From the NCBI GenBank assembly GCA_949358305.1, contig OX442314.1, forward strand, positions 28,830,001 through 28,894,000: a stretch of DNA of 64,000 bases. Reading direction: 5' to 3'. The stretch is from Strigamia acuminata. Its lineage: Eukaryota. Shown one piece after another: positions 50,786 to 64,000 of the stretch. Each line of letters starts with the position of its first letter. Position 1 is the stretch's first letter. The notes beneath the pieces were generated by a model that saw only the letters and a program-made list of their open reading frames with translations, was not told the origin of the DNA and did not search any database. The position numbers were made by a program, and so were the translations under genes.

Positions 50786-52784
50786 ACGCATATATATCGC
50801 AGACATATCGCGCCCACGACAAAGCACAAACCCATGGCAGTCACCAAAGAATATTTACGCCGCTTCCACGCACGTTTTATTTTCTCACAGGCCTCTACAC
50901 ATTTAACTTGCGCGCGCACTTGCTACGTGCTCGTGTGGTCACAATAAATACCTAATTTTCATTAAAATAACGAATGAACGAAATCACTTCAACCACACTT
51001 GCTACGGTCGACGCATCGACGGCGATTCGCATGCGTTACCCCAAATACCGATCAAAAATCGCAGAAAACACTAATCCCGACCCAAAAACCGCCAAAATTA
51101 CCCTCAACACACCCCAACAACCTTCCACCACTTAAATTACACCGGAAAAAAAACAATTTCAAACCGAAAAATCAACAAAAAAGGCCAAAAAAATATTGCA
51201 AACAAAGAGAAAAGATCAATTATCGAGGCAAATCCCCACCACAAAACAACGCATCGCCGGTAAACACTTAAGCGTACAGTGCACAACACTACTGTTTATT
51301 TTCAATGATCCAATAAATAAAATTTGAAACAAAGTTGAGTGGAATTGTACGTTTCTTGTATATTAAAGTTTTTATTTTGTTTGTTTACACTTAATTTTTT
51401 TTTTCCATCATAGAATGGCGACTCGATACTTTTGTAGCTCGAATTCACTTCGTAAACGTAATCGGTGTTCATCACGCGTCAATGCGCTCGTGCAATAGTA
51501 TAGGCGCGCATACGATTTGATGCGCGCAAAACTTGCAAAACTTGCACGGAATTTGGGCAATTTTTGACAATTTTCAGCAGATTTTTGCCTGTATTTGACA
51601 AATTTCAGAAGATTTTTGCCTATATTTGACAAATTTCAGAAGATTTCCTCAATCCTCAAACATTTGCTGAAATTTCTCATAAAATTTCTAAAATTAATTG
51701 AAATTTGTCTGAAATTTGTCTGCAATTTGTCAAATATTGTCAAAAATCCGTGGAAATTTGTCAAATACTGGCAAAAATCCATGTAAATTTGTCAAAAATT
51801 GCCATAATTCGGTGCAAATTGTGTTAGACATTGGAAAAATTTATTTTAACGCTTCCAACGCGCCAGTAAATCGCGCGTGCACACGCGTGGATTTTTCGTC
51901 ATAGTTGGATGCGCGCAAACCTCACGTAACTTGCGCCAAAATTTGGCAATTTTTGACAAATTTCAGCAGATTTTTGCCAGTATTTGACAAATTTCCACTG
52001 ATTTTTGACAATATTTGACCCAACAACTGCGCCACGTTCCAGGCGCCGGTTTAGGCATTTTAGACCCGTTTTAGACCGTTTTAGATGGCGAAAACGTTCT
52101 CTCCATCATTTTCTACCCCTGGGTGAGGTTTTCAGCGTTCATGATTGATGAAAAAGCTGTTTTCTAACTAGCTGTCCCATTGCTAGTTTTGGCGTCAGGT
52201 TTTAGCAACCTTCCGATCCGACTCTGTCGTCTGCACGACCTCCAAGACCGTTTTAGGGTTAATTTGAGTCAAATAATTCATTCTGGGATTGTTTTGGGTT
52301 TTTTACAAGTGTGTTTTTGTAGTTTTTATTGGTTTCAAACATTGTCAATTCTTTATACAAGTGTAACTTTCATTTCTCTGTATTTTGAGAACTTTGCATT
52401 GCAGCAAAGTTCATTTCTTGCCCCTTAATTATTGTGTAATTGTTGGTTTTCAAGCCCGTTTTTTAACAATAACTTTATTTGAAGTGCCTATTGTTTCAGG
52501 CACGTGCTTCCACGTGCCTTTTATTGTTGAGCAATTTCTTGGGCAGTTGCGCTCCTGTTGCTAGCATTACCGCGCGTTCTCCGCGCGCGTACTCGCGCGT
52601 TTCGCATCACACACATTCGGGTTCAATGGCCTATCGCGGCGGCACATTGTGTGGCATAGCGCGGCACGTTGCAATTACGTGACGTGGCACGTTGCTGTTA
52701 CGTGACGCAATAGCCAGTATTTAAGCAGGGGATTCCATCATCGTTTACACAAATGCGCATTGCAACGTGGAGGCGCATTCGAGT

Positions 52785-54960
52785 CCTTTTCCCAAGCGTT
52801 GAAAAAGGACAAAACTCGTATTCGATTCGAAAGCGAATCGAATACGATTTTTGTCCTTTTTCAACGCAAAATTGTATTCGATTCGCTTTCGAATCGAATA
52901 CGAGTTTTGCCCTTCTTCAACGCGAAATCGTATTCGACTCGTTTTCGAGTCGAATGCGAATTTTGCCCTTCTTCAACGCGAAATCGTATTCGACTCGCTT
53001 TCGAATCGAATACGAGTTTTGCCCTTCTTCAACGCGAAATCGTATTCGACTCGTTTTCGAGTCGAGTACGAATTTTGCCCTTCTTCAACGCGAAATCGTA
53101 TTCGATTCGCTTTCGAATCGTATACGAGATGGTCGATTTTTGTTTCCCGGACTTTGATTCGTATTCGAGTTGTTACGAGTTCGTATTTTGATCGTATTCG
53201 TATTCGAATCGAATTCGAATCGTATTCGAATCGAATACGAATCGAATTCGAGTCGTATTCGAGATGGTCGATGATTTCCACTCGCTCGTATACGCGTTGT
53301 ATACGAGCTCGTATTTTGATCGTAATCGTAAACGAATCGTTTACAAGTCGTATACAAGTTGTATACGACGTGTATACACCTCGTATACGAACGAAGTTTG
53401 TGAAAACACAATTTCCAAATAAGACGTATGTGACTACTATGTGTTTTCATGTCGTAGTAAGTATCCGGTGGATTTTCCAAACTTCGTTCGTATACGAGGT
53501 GTATACACGTCGTATACAACTTGTATACGACTTGTAAACGATTCGTTTACGATTACGATCAAAATACGAGCTCGTATACAACGCGTATACGAGCAAGTGG
53601 AAATCATCGACCATCTCGAATGCGACTCGAATACGATTCGAATACATCTCGAATACATCTCGAATACGAGTCGTACGAGTCAAAGTCCGGGAACGGGTCA
53701 TCGACTATCTCGTATTCGAGTTGTTACGAGTTCGTATTTTGATCGTATTCGTATTCGAATCGAATTCGAATCGTATTCGAATCGAATACGAATCGAATTC
53801 GAGTCGTATTCGAGATGGTCGATGATTTCCACTCGCTCGTATACGCGTTGTATACGAGCTCGTATTTTGATCGTAATCGTAAACGAATCGTTTACAAGTC
53901 GTATACAAGTCGTATACGACGTGTATACACCTCGTATACGAACGAAGTTTGGAAAATCCACCGGACACTTACTACGACATGAAAACACATAGTAGTCACA
54001 TACGTCTTATTTGGAAATTGTGTTTTCACAAACTTCGTTCGTATACGAGGTGTATACACGTCGTATACGACTTGTATACGACTTGTAAACGATTCGTTTA
54101 CGATTACGATCAAAATACGAGCTCGTATACAACGCGTATACGAGCGAGTGGAAATCATCGACCATCTCGAATACGACTCGAATTCGATTCGTATTCGATT
54201 CGAATACGATTCGAATTCGATTCGAATACGAATACGATCAAAATACGAACTCGTAACAACTCGAATACAAATCAAAGTCCGGGAAACAAAAATCGACCAT
54301 CTCGTATACGATTCGAAAGCGAATCGAATACGATTTCGCGTTGAAGAAGGGCAAAATTCGCATTCGACTCGAAAACGAGTCGAATACGAATTCGCATTCG
54401 ACTCGAAAACGAGTCGAATACGATTTCGCGTTGAAGAAGGGCAAAATTCGCATTCGACTCGAAAACGAGTCGAATACGATTTCGCGTTGAAGAAGGGCAA
54501 AACTCGCATTCGACTCGAAAACGAGTCGAATACGATTTCGCGTTGAGAAAGGGCAAAATTCGCATTCGACTCGAAAACGAGTCGAATACGATTTCGCGTT
54601 GAAGAAGGGCAAAACTCGCATTCGACTCGAAAACGAGTCGAATACGATTTCGCATTCGACTCGAAAACGAGTCGAATACGATTTCGCGTCGAAGAAGGGC
54701 AAAATTCGCATTCGACTCGAAAACGAGTCGAATACGATTTCGCGTTGAAGAAGGGCAAAACTCGCATTCGACTCGAAAACGAGTCGAATACGATTTCGCG
54801 TTGAGAAAGGGCAAAATTCGCATTCGACTCGAAAACGAGTCGAATACGATTTCGCGTTGAAGAAGGGCAAAACTCGCATTCGACTCGAAAACGAGTCGAA
54901 TACGATTTCGCGTCAAAGAAGGGCAAAATTTGCATTCGACTCGAAAACGAGTCGAATACG
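52785..54960. repeat. Foldback of unit 2 (unexpanded form)
   Basis: Same arms as 38520-43484, without the five extra 551-bp units. Confidence 0.92.
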
Positions 54961-55375
54961 AGATCATTTTTTGATCTGGGTCGTGAATGCGTCCGTATGT
55001 CACGCGAACGCGTGTTGGAGTCGATTCCGAGTTCGTATTCCATCTTGAACGCGCATTGGAGACGTAAACCAGTTTATTTTACCCACTCTCGCTCGATCCC
55101 GCTTCATCGCTCCTTGTCGCTCCTGTGAAAAAAAATACATGAGAATGTGCAGAAATGAACCTTCCAATACTCACATGAAAATTGACAACCTTGACACAAA
55201 ACAGTCTATTGACACTCCCAACACCACCCCGGACGTTTTCCGGAAGAGTTTGGTCCACCCGGAATCCCCAGAATAGTCGCCCCCGAAATGCGGATTTCAC
55301 GGAAGCCAATCCGCGAAAAGGATATGTTTTTAGCGGCGCGCCGACGCGTGCGACACACGCTTCTGGAGAGCTTAA

Positions 55376-58300
55376 CCTTATGGCGCGCATGCGGATTTCT
55401 CGGAGTGCGAAAGGGACCCTATTTTTAACATTACGGCGGCCTATACCTTGACCCCCTGTTCGCAGTCTCATGGCTGATTTTGCGGATTTCACTTATTTGT
55501 ATATTCCGCACGATCGCGCGCGTTTTATCAACCTTGGGAAAGCCGCTTTCTCAAATTTGCAAATTCCACATTGTGTGAACATGCTACAACGCTTCTGTGC
55601 GCGTCAATAAAAAAAAAAACCGATTAGAAATGAAATTCAGGGTTTTGTTAAAATAAAAATTATACAATATAATCAGTCTATAATGCTTCTATAATGCTGT
55701 TGGTTTAATCAGCACATTGTAATCGTGTGAAAACACGCGCGCTCGCAATAATACATTACCCAATGTACTTGCACTGGCATGGACCCATCAGTGCGCACTT
55801 TCCCGTGCGTGCTGCTTGCACTATTTACATCAATTGTTGCTCCACAGGTTGCGCGACCTGCCGGGCAGTTAAGACGTACTAGAATAACCTCAGGATTTGA
55901 TAAAACCTGATTTTTGGATGACACTAAGTAAATGGCAGTGAATGTGAGATGTGAGATACACGATGAATTTAATAAAATTTATATTTCCTAATCATGGGAT
56001 TGGTTTCACGTTTCATAATCCAACAATTAAGTAGAATATCATTATTGCAATTGATTAAAACAAATTTTTTTTACAAATTCTTTGGTTTTACATTTTAAAT
56101 TTATTTTCCAATAGTTGGCACCATCGCAATTGCTGCGAGTTTAAAACACTGCATTCAGCAGAATTTACTGCACTTTCAAATCAAGGCCAGGCATACCTAC
56201 TGCAAAGTAATGTATAAACCATAAAGAAGCCTTTGATTCGGAATTGCCTGTAGGTAATTCTGCGCTGGTCTCCAATGGAAATGTCCGCGCCGGTCTTCCG
56301 TGCACGGAAAGTCCACAGAAAGTCCGTGCATTCCGTGCGCTGGGAGTCCGTGCGTCGTACCGCGTGATCTTGCATTGTTTTTTGTGGGCTTTTCCTGATT
56401 AGGATTACTTCCTTTTTAACTCTTGAAGAATTAAGTTTGTTTTTTTTGCTCCAAAACGTCCCAAAACGCCTGAAAATCGCGCAACTCGAGGCAAAACATT
56501 ACAGTGTGTATTCAAATCAAAACTAGCTACAAATACATGCTGAAATTAGCTAAATTTTCAAATTTTTTGGCTTTCAAGAAGTAATGGAAACATTTGACAT
56601 AACGTGGATCAGTTGCATTCAAAAACTAAAATATTTTGTGTTTTACTTCAATTTTAAACTAAAAATGATGTCATTTCCTGTTTAAACCCCTGTTAAAGCT
56701 TGAAATACATTTTAACTAAAAGAAATAAGTTTGTTTTTTTCTTCGGCAGTGACGTGTACACACGAGCACGCCTGAGAACGCCAAAAAATGCTAAAAAACG
56801 CTCAAAAACGCCTGAAAATCGCGCAACTCGAGGCAAAACATTAATTTTTCATCTTTATTTCAACTTTTGTGACGTTTAAAATTGTGTTCTCATGTTTTTT
56901 GCCTCAAGTTGCATTGTCATCTGGCGTTTTGGAGTGTTTTTATGTGTTCGCAGGCGTTCGCAGGCGTTTTTTGGCGTTGTCACTCACTCAAGTGGCCATT
57001 TTTAGCATTTTCCGTAGTAAAAATGGCCGTTTTTCGTCAAAATGGCCATTTTTAGCCATTTTTCAGAGTAAAAATGTTTTTTTTTCACCGTTTTTATAGT
57101 AAAATGGCCATTTTTAGTCGTTTTTTTAATCAAAAATGGCCGTTTTTATCGTTGAAACGTTATTAAAATGTAACGTTTCAATGGCGTTTTGATCTCGCCT
57201 CATTTCCGGTTTTGAAAATTAATAAACGCCCCGGCGTTTATTCGAGGCAATACCCAACTTGGGCTTTTATTCGCGTCGCACCGCATCATCATCTCACCTT
57301 GCCTCCCGTCTTGAAAATTTATAAACGCCCCGGCGTTTATTCAAGGCAAACCATTGTTTATGTAAGTTTTTCCTGATTAGGGTTACTTCCTTTAGAAGAA
57401 ACACGTTTATTTCTTCTCGTTTAATCTTGAGTCGTGATCTCGCCTCGTTTCTGGTCTTAAAAATTAATAAACACCCCGGCTTTTATTCAAGGCAATACGG
57501 TACGTTTATGAAACCCAACTTGGGCTTTCATTTTAAAAAAAGCGCGTGTTCTTACGTCGAACTAAGAGATACAGGTGAATTAGCAACGCCTAATTTGATT
57601 TAATAAATAAAGCAAACAACATCTCGCCTCACTTCTGGCGTTTGTTCGAGGCAAGCCATTGTTTTTGCATTTTTTTTCCTGATTAGGGTTACTTCCTTTT
57701 TAACTCTTGAAGAAATAAGTATGTTTTTTTTACTCGGCAGTGACGTGTACGCGCGAGTACGCCTGAGAACGCCAAAAAATACTCCAAAACGCCTGAAAAT
57801 CGTGCAACTCGAGGCAAAACATTAATTGTTTATTTTTGTTTCAACTTTTGTAACGTTTACAATTGTGTTCTCATGTTTTTTGCCTCAAGTTGCATTGTCA
57901 TTTTGCGTTTTGGGGCGTTTTTAGGCATTTTTAGGCATTTGCGGGCGTTCTTGGGCGTTTTTTGGCGTTGTCATTCAATCAAATGGCCATTTTTAGCCAT
58001 TTTTAGCCATTTTTCATAGAAAAATGGTCATTTTTAGCCGTTTTTCATCCAAAATGGCCGTTTTTCATCCAAAAGGGCCGTTTTTCATCCAAAATGGAAT
58101 AATTGTTGTGTCCGGATTTTATGTCATTTATTGTCTTAATTAAAGTTAACAAAGTGTCTTTAATTTTTGCTTTTCTTGAATTTCAGCTTTTTAGATATTT
58201 TTACATATTAAACTTTCATTTTTTGTGATTTATTAAAAGTTACAGTGTTTTCATGAATTTTAGTGTCTATGATATTGATATTATCTTTATTCATTGCTAT

Positions 58301-61300
58301 TTAAAGTTTTATTACTTCTCTGTGTCTTATTTCTTTAATTCTTGCTCATTTTGTGTGATTTTGGATGATTTTTAGTGCATTCGTCGATTTACAGATCACT
58401 TGCGTAAGACGCGTGACGTCATATTTCTTAATCTAGTTCGGTTGTGTTCAAACTTCTAACCTTTTGTTTGGACCTTATTCTTGTGTTATGGATAGGTTTT
58501 AGAATTGATTTAGACTAATTTGGGGGTGATCTGTCGATTGGTTTGCTTTATTTTTGTCCCGGAACGGTCGTTTTGTCGTTTCGAGCGTTCGTTGTCGGTA
58601 CGCACTTGTGCGCTGCTGACCGAGTTCATTCCGTTCGGCAAACGATTATTTTCAAGTGTTCTTTTAATAAATAGTGCTTTTGTTGTAGGAAATTACATTT
58701 CCTAATGTTATTTTATTCAATACAGTGTGTATTCTTGATTTTATTCTTGTGTTGAAATTCAAATGTCGTGTTTTGCCGCTCTAGCGGATTTGAAGTGGGC
58801 GCCATGCTGGATTTCCCCGCTAATTTCTTTATTTATCCATTTCATTTGTCTTTTTGAAAATGAATAAACGCCCCGGCGTTTATGCGAGGCAAGCCATAGT
58901 TTTTGTAGGTTCTTTCCTGATTAGGGTTACTTGTGACGTGCACGCGCGAGCTCGCCCGAGGACGCCAAAAAAAGCTCAAAAACGCCCCAAAACGCCTGAA
59001 AATCGCGCAACTCGAAGCAAAAAATTACAGTTTGAATTCAAATCAAAACTAACCACAAATACATGCTACAATTAGGTAAATTTTCAAATTTTTTATCAAT
59101 AAATGATGACTTTCAAGAAGTATGACAACATTTGACAAAATTTAGACCAGTTGCATTTAAAAACTAAAATATTTTGTGTTTTACTTCAATTTTAAACCAA
59201 AAATGACGTCATTTTTTGTTTAAACCGGCGTTTATTTGAGGCAAACACGCCGCTGAGAACGCCAAAAAATGCTCAAAAACACTCCAAAAGGCCTGAAAAT
59301 CGCGCAACTTGAGGCAAAAAATTAATTTTTCATCTTTGTTTCAACTTTTGTGACGTTTAAAATTGTGTTTTCAAGTTTTATGCCTCAAGTTGCATTGTCA
59401 TCTGGCGTTTTGGGGCGTTTTGGGGCGTTCGCAGGCGTTTGCACGCGTTTTTTGGCATTGTCACTCACTCAAGTGGCCATTTTTAGCCAATTTTCGAAGT
59501 AAAAATGGCCTTTTTTTATTAAAATGGCCATTTTCAGCCATTTGTCATAGTAAAAATGGCCATTTTCAGCCATTTTTTATAGTAAAAGTGGCCATTTTTC
59601 ATCCAAAATGGCCGTTTTTCATCCAAAATGACCATTTTTATCATTGACACGCTATAAAAATGTAACGTTTCAATGGCGTTTTGACGAAACCGGTAAGTTT
59701 TGAAATTTCCCGTGTCCCGTTATTGTGACTCCTCGTCCGGTTTCTCAGAACCGAAACCCTAATACAGGTGAATTAGTGACGCCTAATTTGTTTCAACAAA
59801 TAAAGCAAACAACATCTCGCCTCACTTCCAGTCTTGAAAATTAGTAAACGCCCCGGCGTTTATTCGAGGCAAGCCGTTGTTTTTACAGTAATTTCCTGGT
59901 TAGGGTTATTTTTTTTTTAACTCTTGAAGAAATAAGTTTGTTTTTTTCTCGCCTGCACGCGCGAGCTCGCATGAGAATGCTAAAAAATAAGCAAAAACGT
60001 TCTAAAACGCCCCAAAACGCTTCAAAATGCTCCAAAAAGCCTGAAAATCGTGCCACTCAAAGCAAAAAATTATGTTTGCATGTTTTTTGCCTCAAGTTGC
60101 ACGGTTATCTGGCGTTTTGGTGCGTTCTTGGGGCGTTTTGGTGCGTTCTTGGGGCGTTTTCGGGCGTTTTTTTGGCGTTGTCACTCACTCCCGCACTTTG
60201 CTGTCTTGTTTATTACAATTTGGTTTAGCTGTTGTATTTATTTTTATTTGTTTTATGGTTATTTAATGTGTTTTTGTAGCATTCAAAATGTTTTGTTGCC
60301 TAATTTCTCGTTTTGGCGCCAACTGTTTGTTTGACAACGCCGTGTCAGAATTTAGGGATGATTCTGCTTTGGTTTCTAATTAAAAAAAAAATGTTGTTTT
60401 AATTTCAATTGTAACTGCTTATTATAACGTTATTATTAGTATTTTGTAAAGGTTCATTTTTTTTCCATGTTAATAAAAAATGAAGTAACTTTCGGTGAAA
60501 AAAAAAACAGTTAAATGCGGATCAAAATTAAACACACACGAGAAGTTTAATAAACGTCCCGGCGTTTATTCGAGGCAATACGGTACATTTGTGAAACCCA
60601 ACTTGGAACCCGAAAATAACGTGGGGCCGTCTGAACACCTGGATTTGAATTTTCGTCTACGCGCGCGCCGACGCATGGGGAATGCGGGGTGGGGTTCCTT
60701 CCCAGTGTTCCGAACGAGTCAATTTCACCCCGAAAATATCCCGAAATTGCTGATACATGCATTTCGAGCCAGAAATATTGATCTTCATGTAAATTTTGAT
60801 TGTTTAGCTTTTTTTTGAAATTTTACAAATTTTTCTCATCTCCTGCCTTCCTCGCTCATTTAACACCAAAATGGCCTGCATTGAGGATTTTTCCCATAAT
60901 CCTTTTCACACGTATGGAGCGCAAACAGTCGCAATAAATGAAATCAGCGGAATTCGGCCTTGAGTTTGCGACGCCATCTTGAATACGAGTAACAGCACAG
61001 TATGGTGTCAATTATTCGAACTGATCGTAAGGCATGGGACAAAAATTGATTAAAAACGAACAAACATGATTAAAAATCAACAAAAATCGACTGAAATCGG
61101 ACAATAATCAATTCAGAATGACAAATAACGATTAAAATTGGCAAAAATTGTCACAAATAGAGAAAAACCGATTAAAAATCAGCAAGAAACCAATAGAAAT
61201 TGATAAAATCAAATAAAAATTAACAAATATCCATTTTGTTTGCTTTTAAACAAATTAAGAACTTTGAAAACACACGACAATTTTAAACAGTAAACACCGG

Positions 61301-64000
61301 GGTCAAATAAGCGCCGCTACTCGTTTAAACACCGGGGAGGTGTTAGTGAAGTGCCTCGAGTGGAGAAATTAATAAACGCTCGAGGCACCACGGTAGGCTT
61401 ATTAAACACAAAATATGAAACGCTCGATCTTCAACAGGCGCACACGCCCGAGAACACCTCGGCATGCCTCAGCACTCTCCAAGAAACGAGAAAAACCAAG
61501 GCAAAAAAAAAAAAATACACCAAAATTAGGACTAAAATCAAACACACATGGGGCCCGGAAGATTGATAACATCCCGGCATATATTCAAGGCAGTACGCCA
61601 TGTTTTTTCCACCATTTTGTAAGTTTATTTCAATATTCATAAAGTTTATTGCTTTTTGTATCATTAGTAGTATTCCCTTGTGTGATGTGGTTTTATAAAT
61701 ATCACACACAACTGCTTCTGCTGTTTTCTTCACGTTTATGCTTCGTGTATGCACGTGAAGCCCTCGCACATCTTTTGAGCACCTGTACACATTTGGACAC
61801 GCTCAAGGTGCTACATCGCGCGCTCAAACGCACTAGATCGCGCGCGCAAACGCGCTACATCACGCATATTAGGGATAAGAACGGACCGGGATAGGGACTG
61901 GACTGGTAATGTTTGCCCTATGCGGATACGGGACGGGACGGGATTACAGTTGCTAAATTCGTACTGCGAGGCGGAGACAATTTTCTAATTCCAGTTGTTA
62001 TTTATCACTATTAAGCCTAATATTGAGCCTGATAATGCTAAAATAAAGTAAATAAACAACAACAACAAACTCATTATTAAAAGTAAATTACACTGTATGA
62101 CCAAAATATTGTTGTTTCTTTACTTTATTTTAGCATTATTAGGCCTAATATTAGGCTTAATACTGATTTATTTCAATTATGCAATCATACGCGCGTATTA
62201 CGCTAACGTAATGGACCCGGGACGGGTCGGGACCCGAAAATTGGTCCCGTTCTCATCCCTAACGCATATATATCGCAGACATATCGCGCCCACGACAAAG
62301 CACAAACCCATGGCAGTCACCAAAGAATATTTACGCCGCTTCCACGCACGTTTTATTTTCTCACAGGCCTCTACACATTTAACTTGCGCGCGCACTTGCT
62401 ACGTGCTCGTGTGGTCACAATAAATACCTAATTTTCATTAAAATAACGAATGAACGAAATCACTTCAACCACACTTGCTACGGTCGACGCATCGACGGCG
62501 ATTCGCATGCGTTACCCCAAATACCGATCAAAAATCGCAGAAAACACTAATCCCGACCCAAAAACCGCCAAAATTACCCTCAACACACCCCAACAACCTT
62601 CCACCACTTAAATTACACCGGAAAAAAAACAATTTCAAACCGAAAAATCAACAAAAAAGGCCAAAAAAATATTGCAAACAAAGAGAAAAGATCAATTATC
62701 GAGGCAAATCCCCACCACAAAACAACGCATCGCCGGTAAACACTTAAGCGTACAGTGCACAACACTACTGTTTATTTTCAATGATCCAATAAATAAAATT
62801 TGAAACAAAGTTGAGTGGAATTGTACGTTTCTTGTATATTAAAGTTTTTATTTTGTTTGTTTACACTTAATTTTTTTTTTCCATCATAGAATGGCGACTC
62901 GATACTTTTGTAGCTCGAATTCACTTCGTAAACGTAATCGGTGTTCATCACGCGTCAATGCGCTCGTGCAATAGTATAGGCGCGCATACGATTTGATGCG
63001 CGCAAAACTTGCAAAACTTGCACGGAATTTGGGCAATTTTTGACAATTTTCAGCAGATTTTTGCCTGTATTTGACAAATTTCAGAAGATTTTTGCCTATA
63101 TTTGACAAATTTCAGAAGATTTCCTCAATCCTCAAACATTTGCTGAAATTTCTCATAAAATTTCTAAAATTAATTGAAATTTGTCTGAAATTTGTCTGCA
63201 ATTTGTCAAATATTGTCAAAAATCCGTGGAAATTTGTCAAATACTGGCAAAAATCCATGTAAATTTGTCAAAAATTGCCATAATTCGGTGCAAATTGTGT
63301 TAGACATTGGAAAAATTTATTTTAACGCTTCCAACGCGCCAGTAAATCGCGCGTGCACACGCGTGGATTTTTCGTCATAGTTGGATGCGCGCAAACCTCA
63401 CGTAACTTGCGCCAAAATTTGGCAATTTTTGACAAATTTCAGCAGATTTTTGCCAGTATTTGACAAATTTCCACTGATTTTTGACAATATTTGACCCAAC
63501 AACTGCGCCACGTTCCAGGCGCCGGTTTAGGCATTTTAGACCCGTTTTAGACCGTTTTAGATGGCGAAAACGTTCTCTCCATCATTTTCTACCCCTGGGT
63601 GAGGTTTTCAGCGTTCATGATTGATGAAAAAGCTGTTTTCTAACTAGCTGTCCCATTGCTAGTTTTGGCGTCAGGTTTTAGCAACCTTCCGATCCGACTC
63701 TGTCGTCTGCACGACCTCCAAGACCGTTTTAGGGTTAATTTGAGTCAAATAATTCATTCTGGGATTGTTTTGGGTTTTTTACAAGTGTGTTTTTGTAGTT
63801 TTTATTGGTTTCAAACATTGTCAATTCTTTATACAAGTGTAACTTTCATTTCTCTGTATTTTGAGAACTTTGCATTGCAGCAAAGTTCATTTCTTGCCCC
63901 TTAATTATTGTGTAATTGTTGGTTTTCAAGCCCGTTTTTTAACAATAACTTTATTTGAAGTGCCTATTGTTTCAGGCACGTGCTTCCACGTGCCTTTTAT
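55376..64000. mobile_element. Large non-coding element, tandem unit 3 (runs off the window)
   Basis: The ORF track repeats at +11476 relative to unit 2. Confidence 0.85.
61870..62261. mobile_element. hAT-type MITE inside unit 3
   Basis: Same sequence and TSD as 36129-36520. Confidence 0.9.

Larger units (their letters stand above)
43900..55375. mobile_element. Large non-coding element, tandem unit 2 (11,476 bp)
   Basis: Same ends as unit 1. It is 2789 bp shorter, equal to 5 x 551 + 34 bp of internal repeats. Confidence 0.85.

Overview
AT-rich eukaryotic (invertebrate-like) DNA, dense in transposons, with spliceosomal introns. About 1-22.5 kb is a tandem cluster of DEG/ENaC (pickpocket-like) channel genes. 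It has two six-exon copies at 5910-7653 and 17619-19377, plus flank homologies implying more copies. The cluster carries many insertions: a Tc3-like remnant with a 27-bp minisatellite, a non-autonomous LTR element with a Mag-like gag remnant, MULE, Merlin/ISXO2 and Tc1/mariner remnants, MITEs and solo LTRs. 22585-29177 is the 3' half of a minus-strand Gypsy-type retrotransposon: a 1.5-kb 3' LTR, a PPT, the integrase C-terminus, and a long intact accessory ORF in the env position that appears to be spliced (predicted ~950 aa, not env-like). At a TTAA in the integrase (29178-29181) a non-coding 11.5-14.3-kb element begins. It runs as a near-identical head-to-tail array to the end of the window, with units joined by a single TTAA and no terminal inverted repeats. 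Each complete unit holds a CpG-rich foldback with flip/flop loops. All calls were made by eye; no database searches were run.
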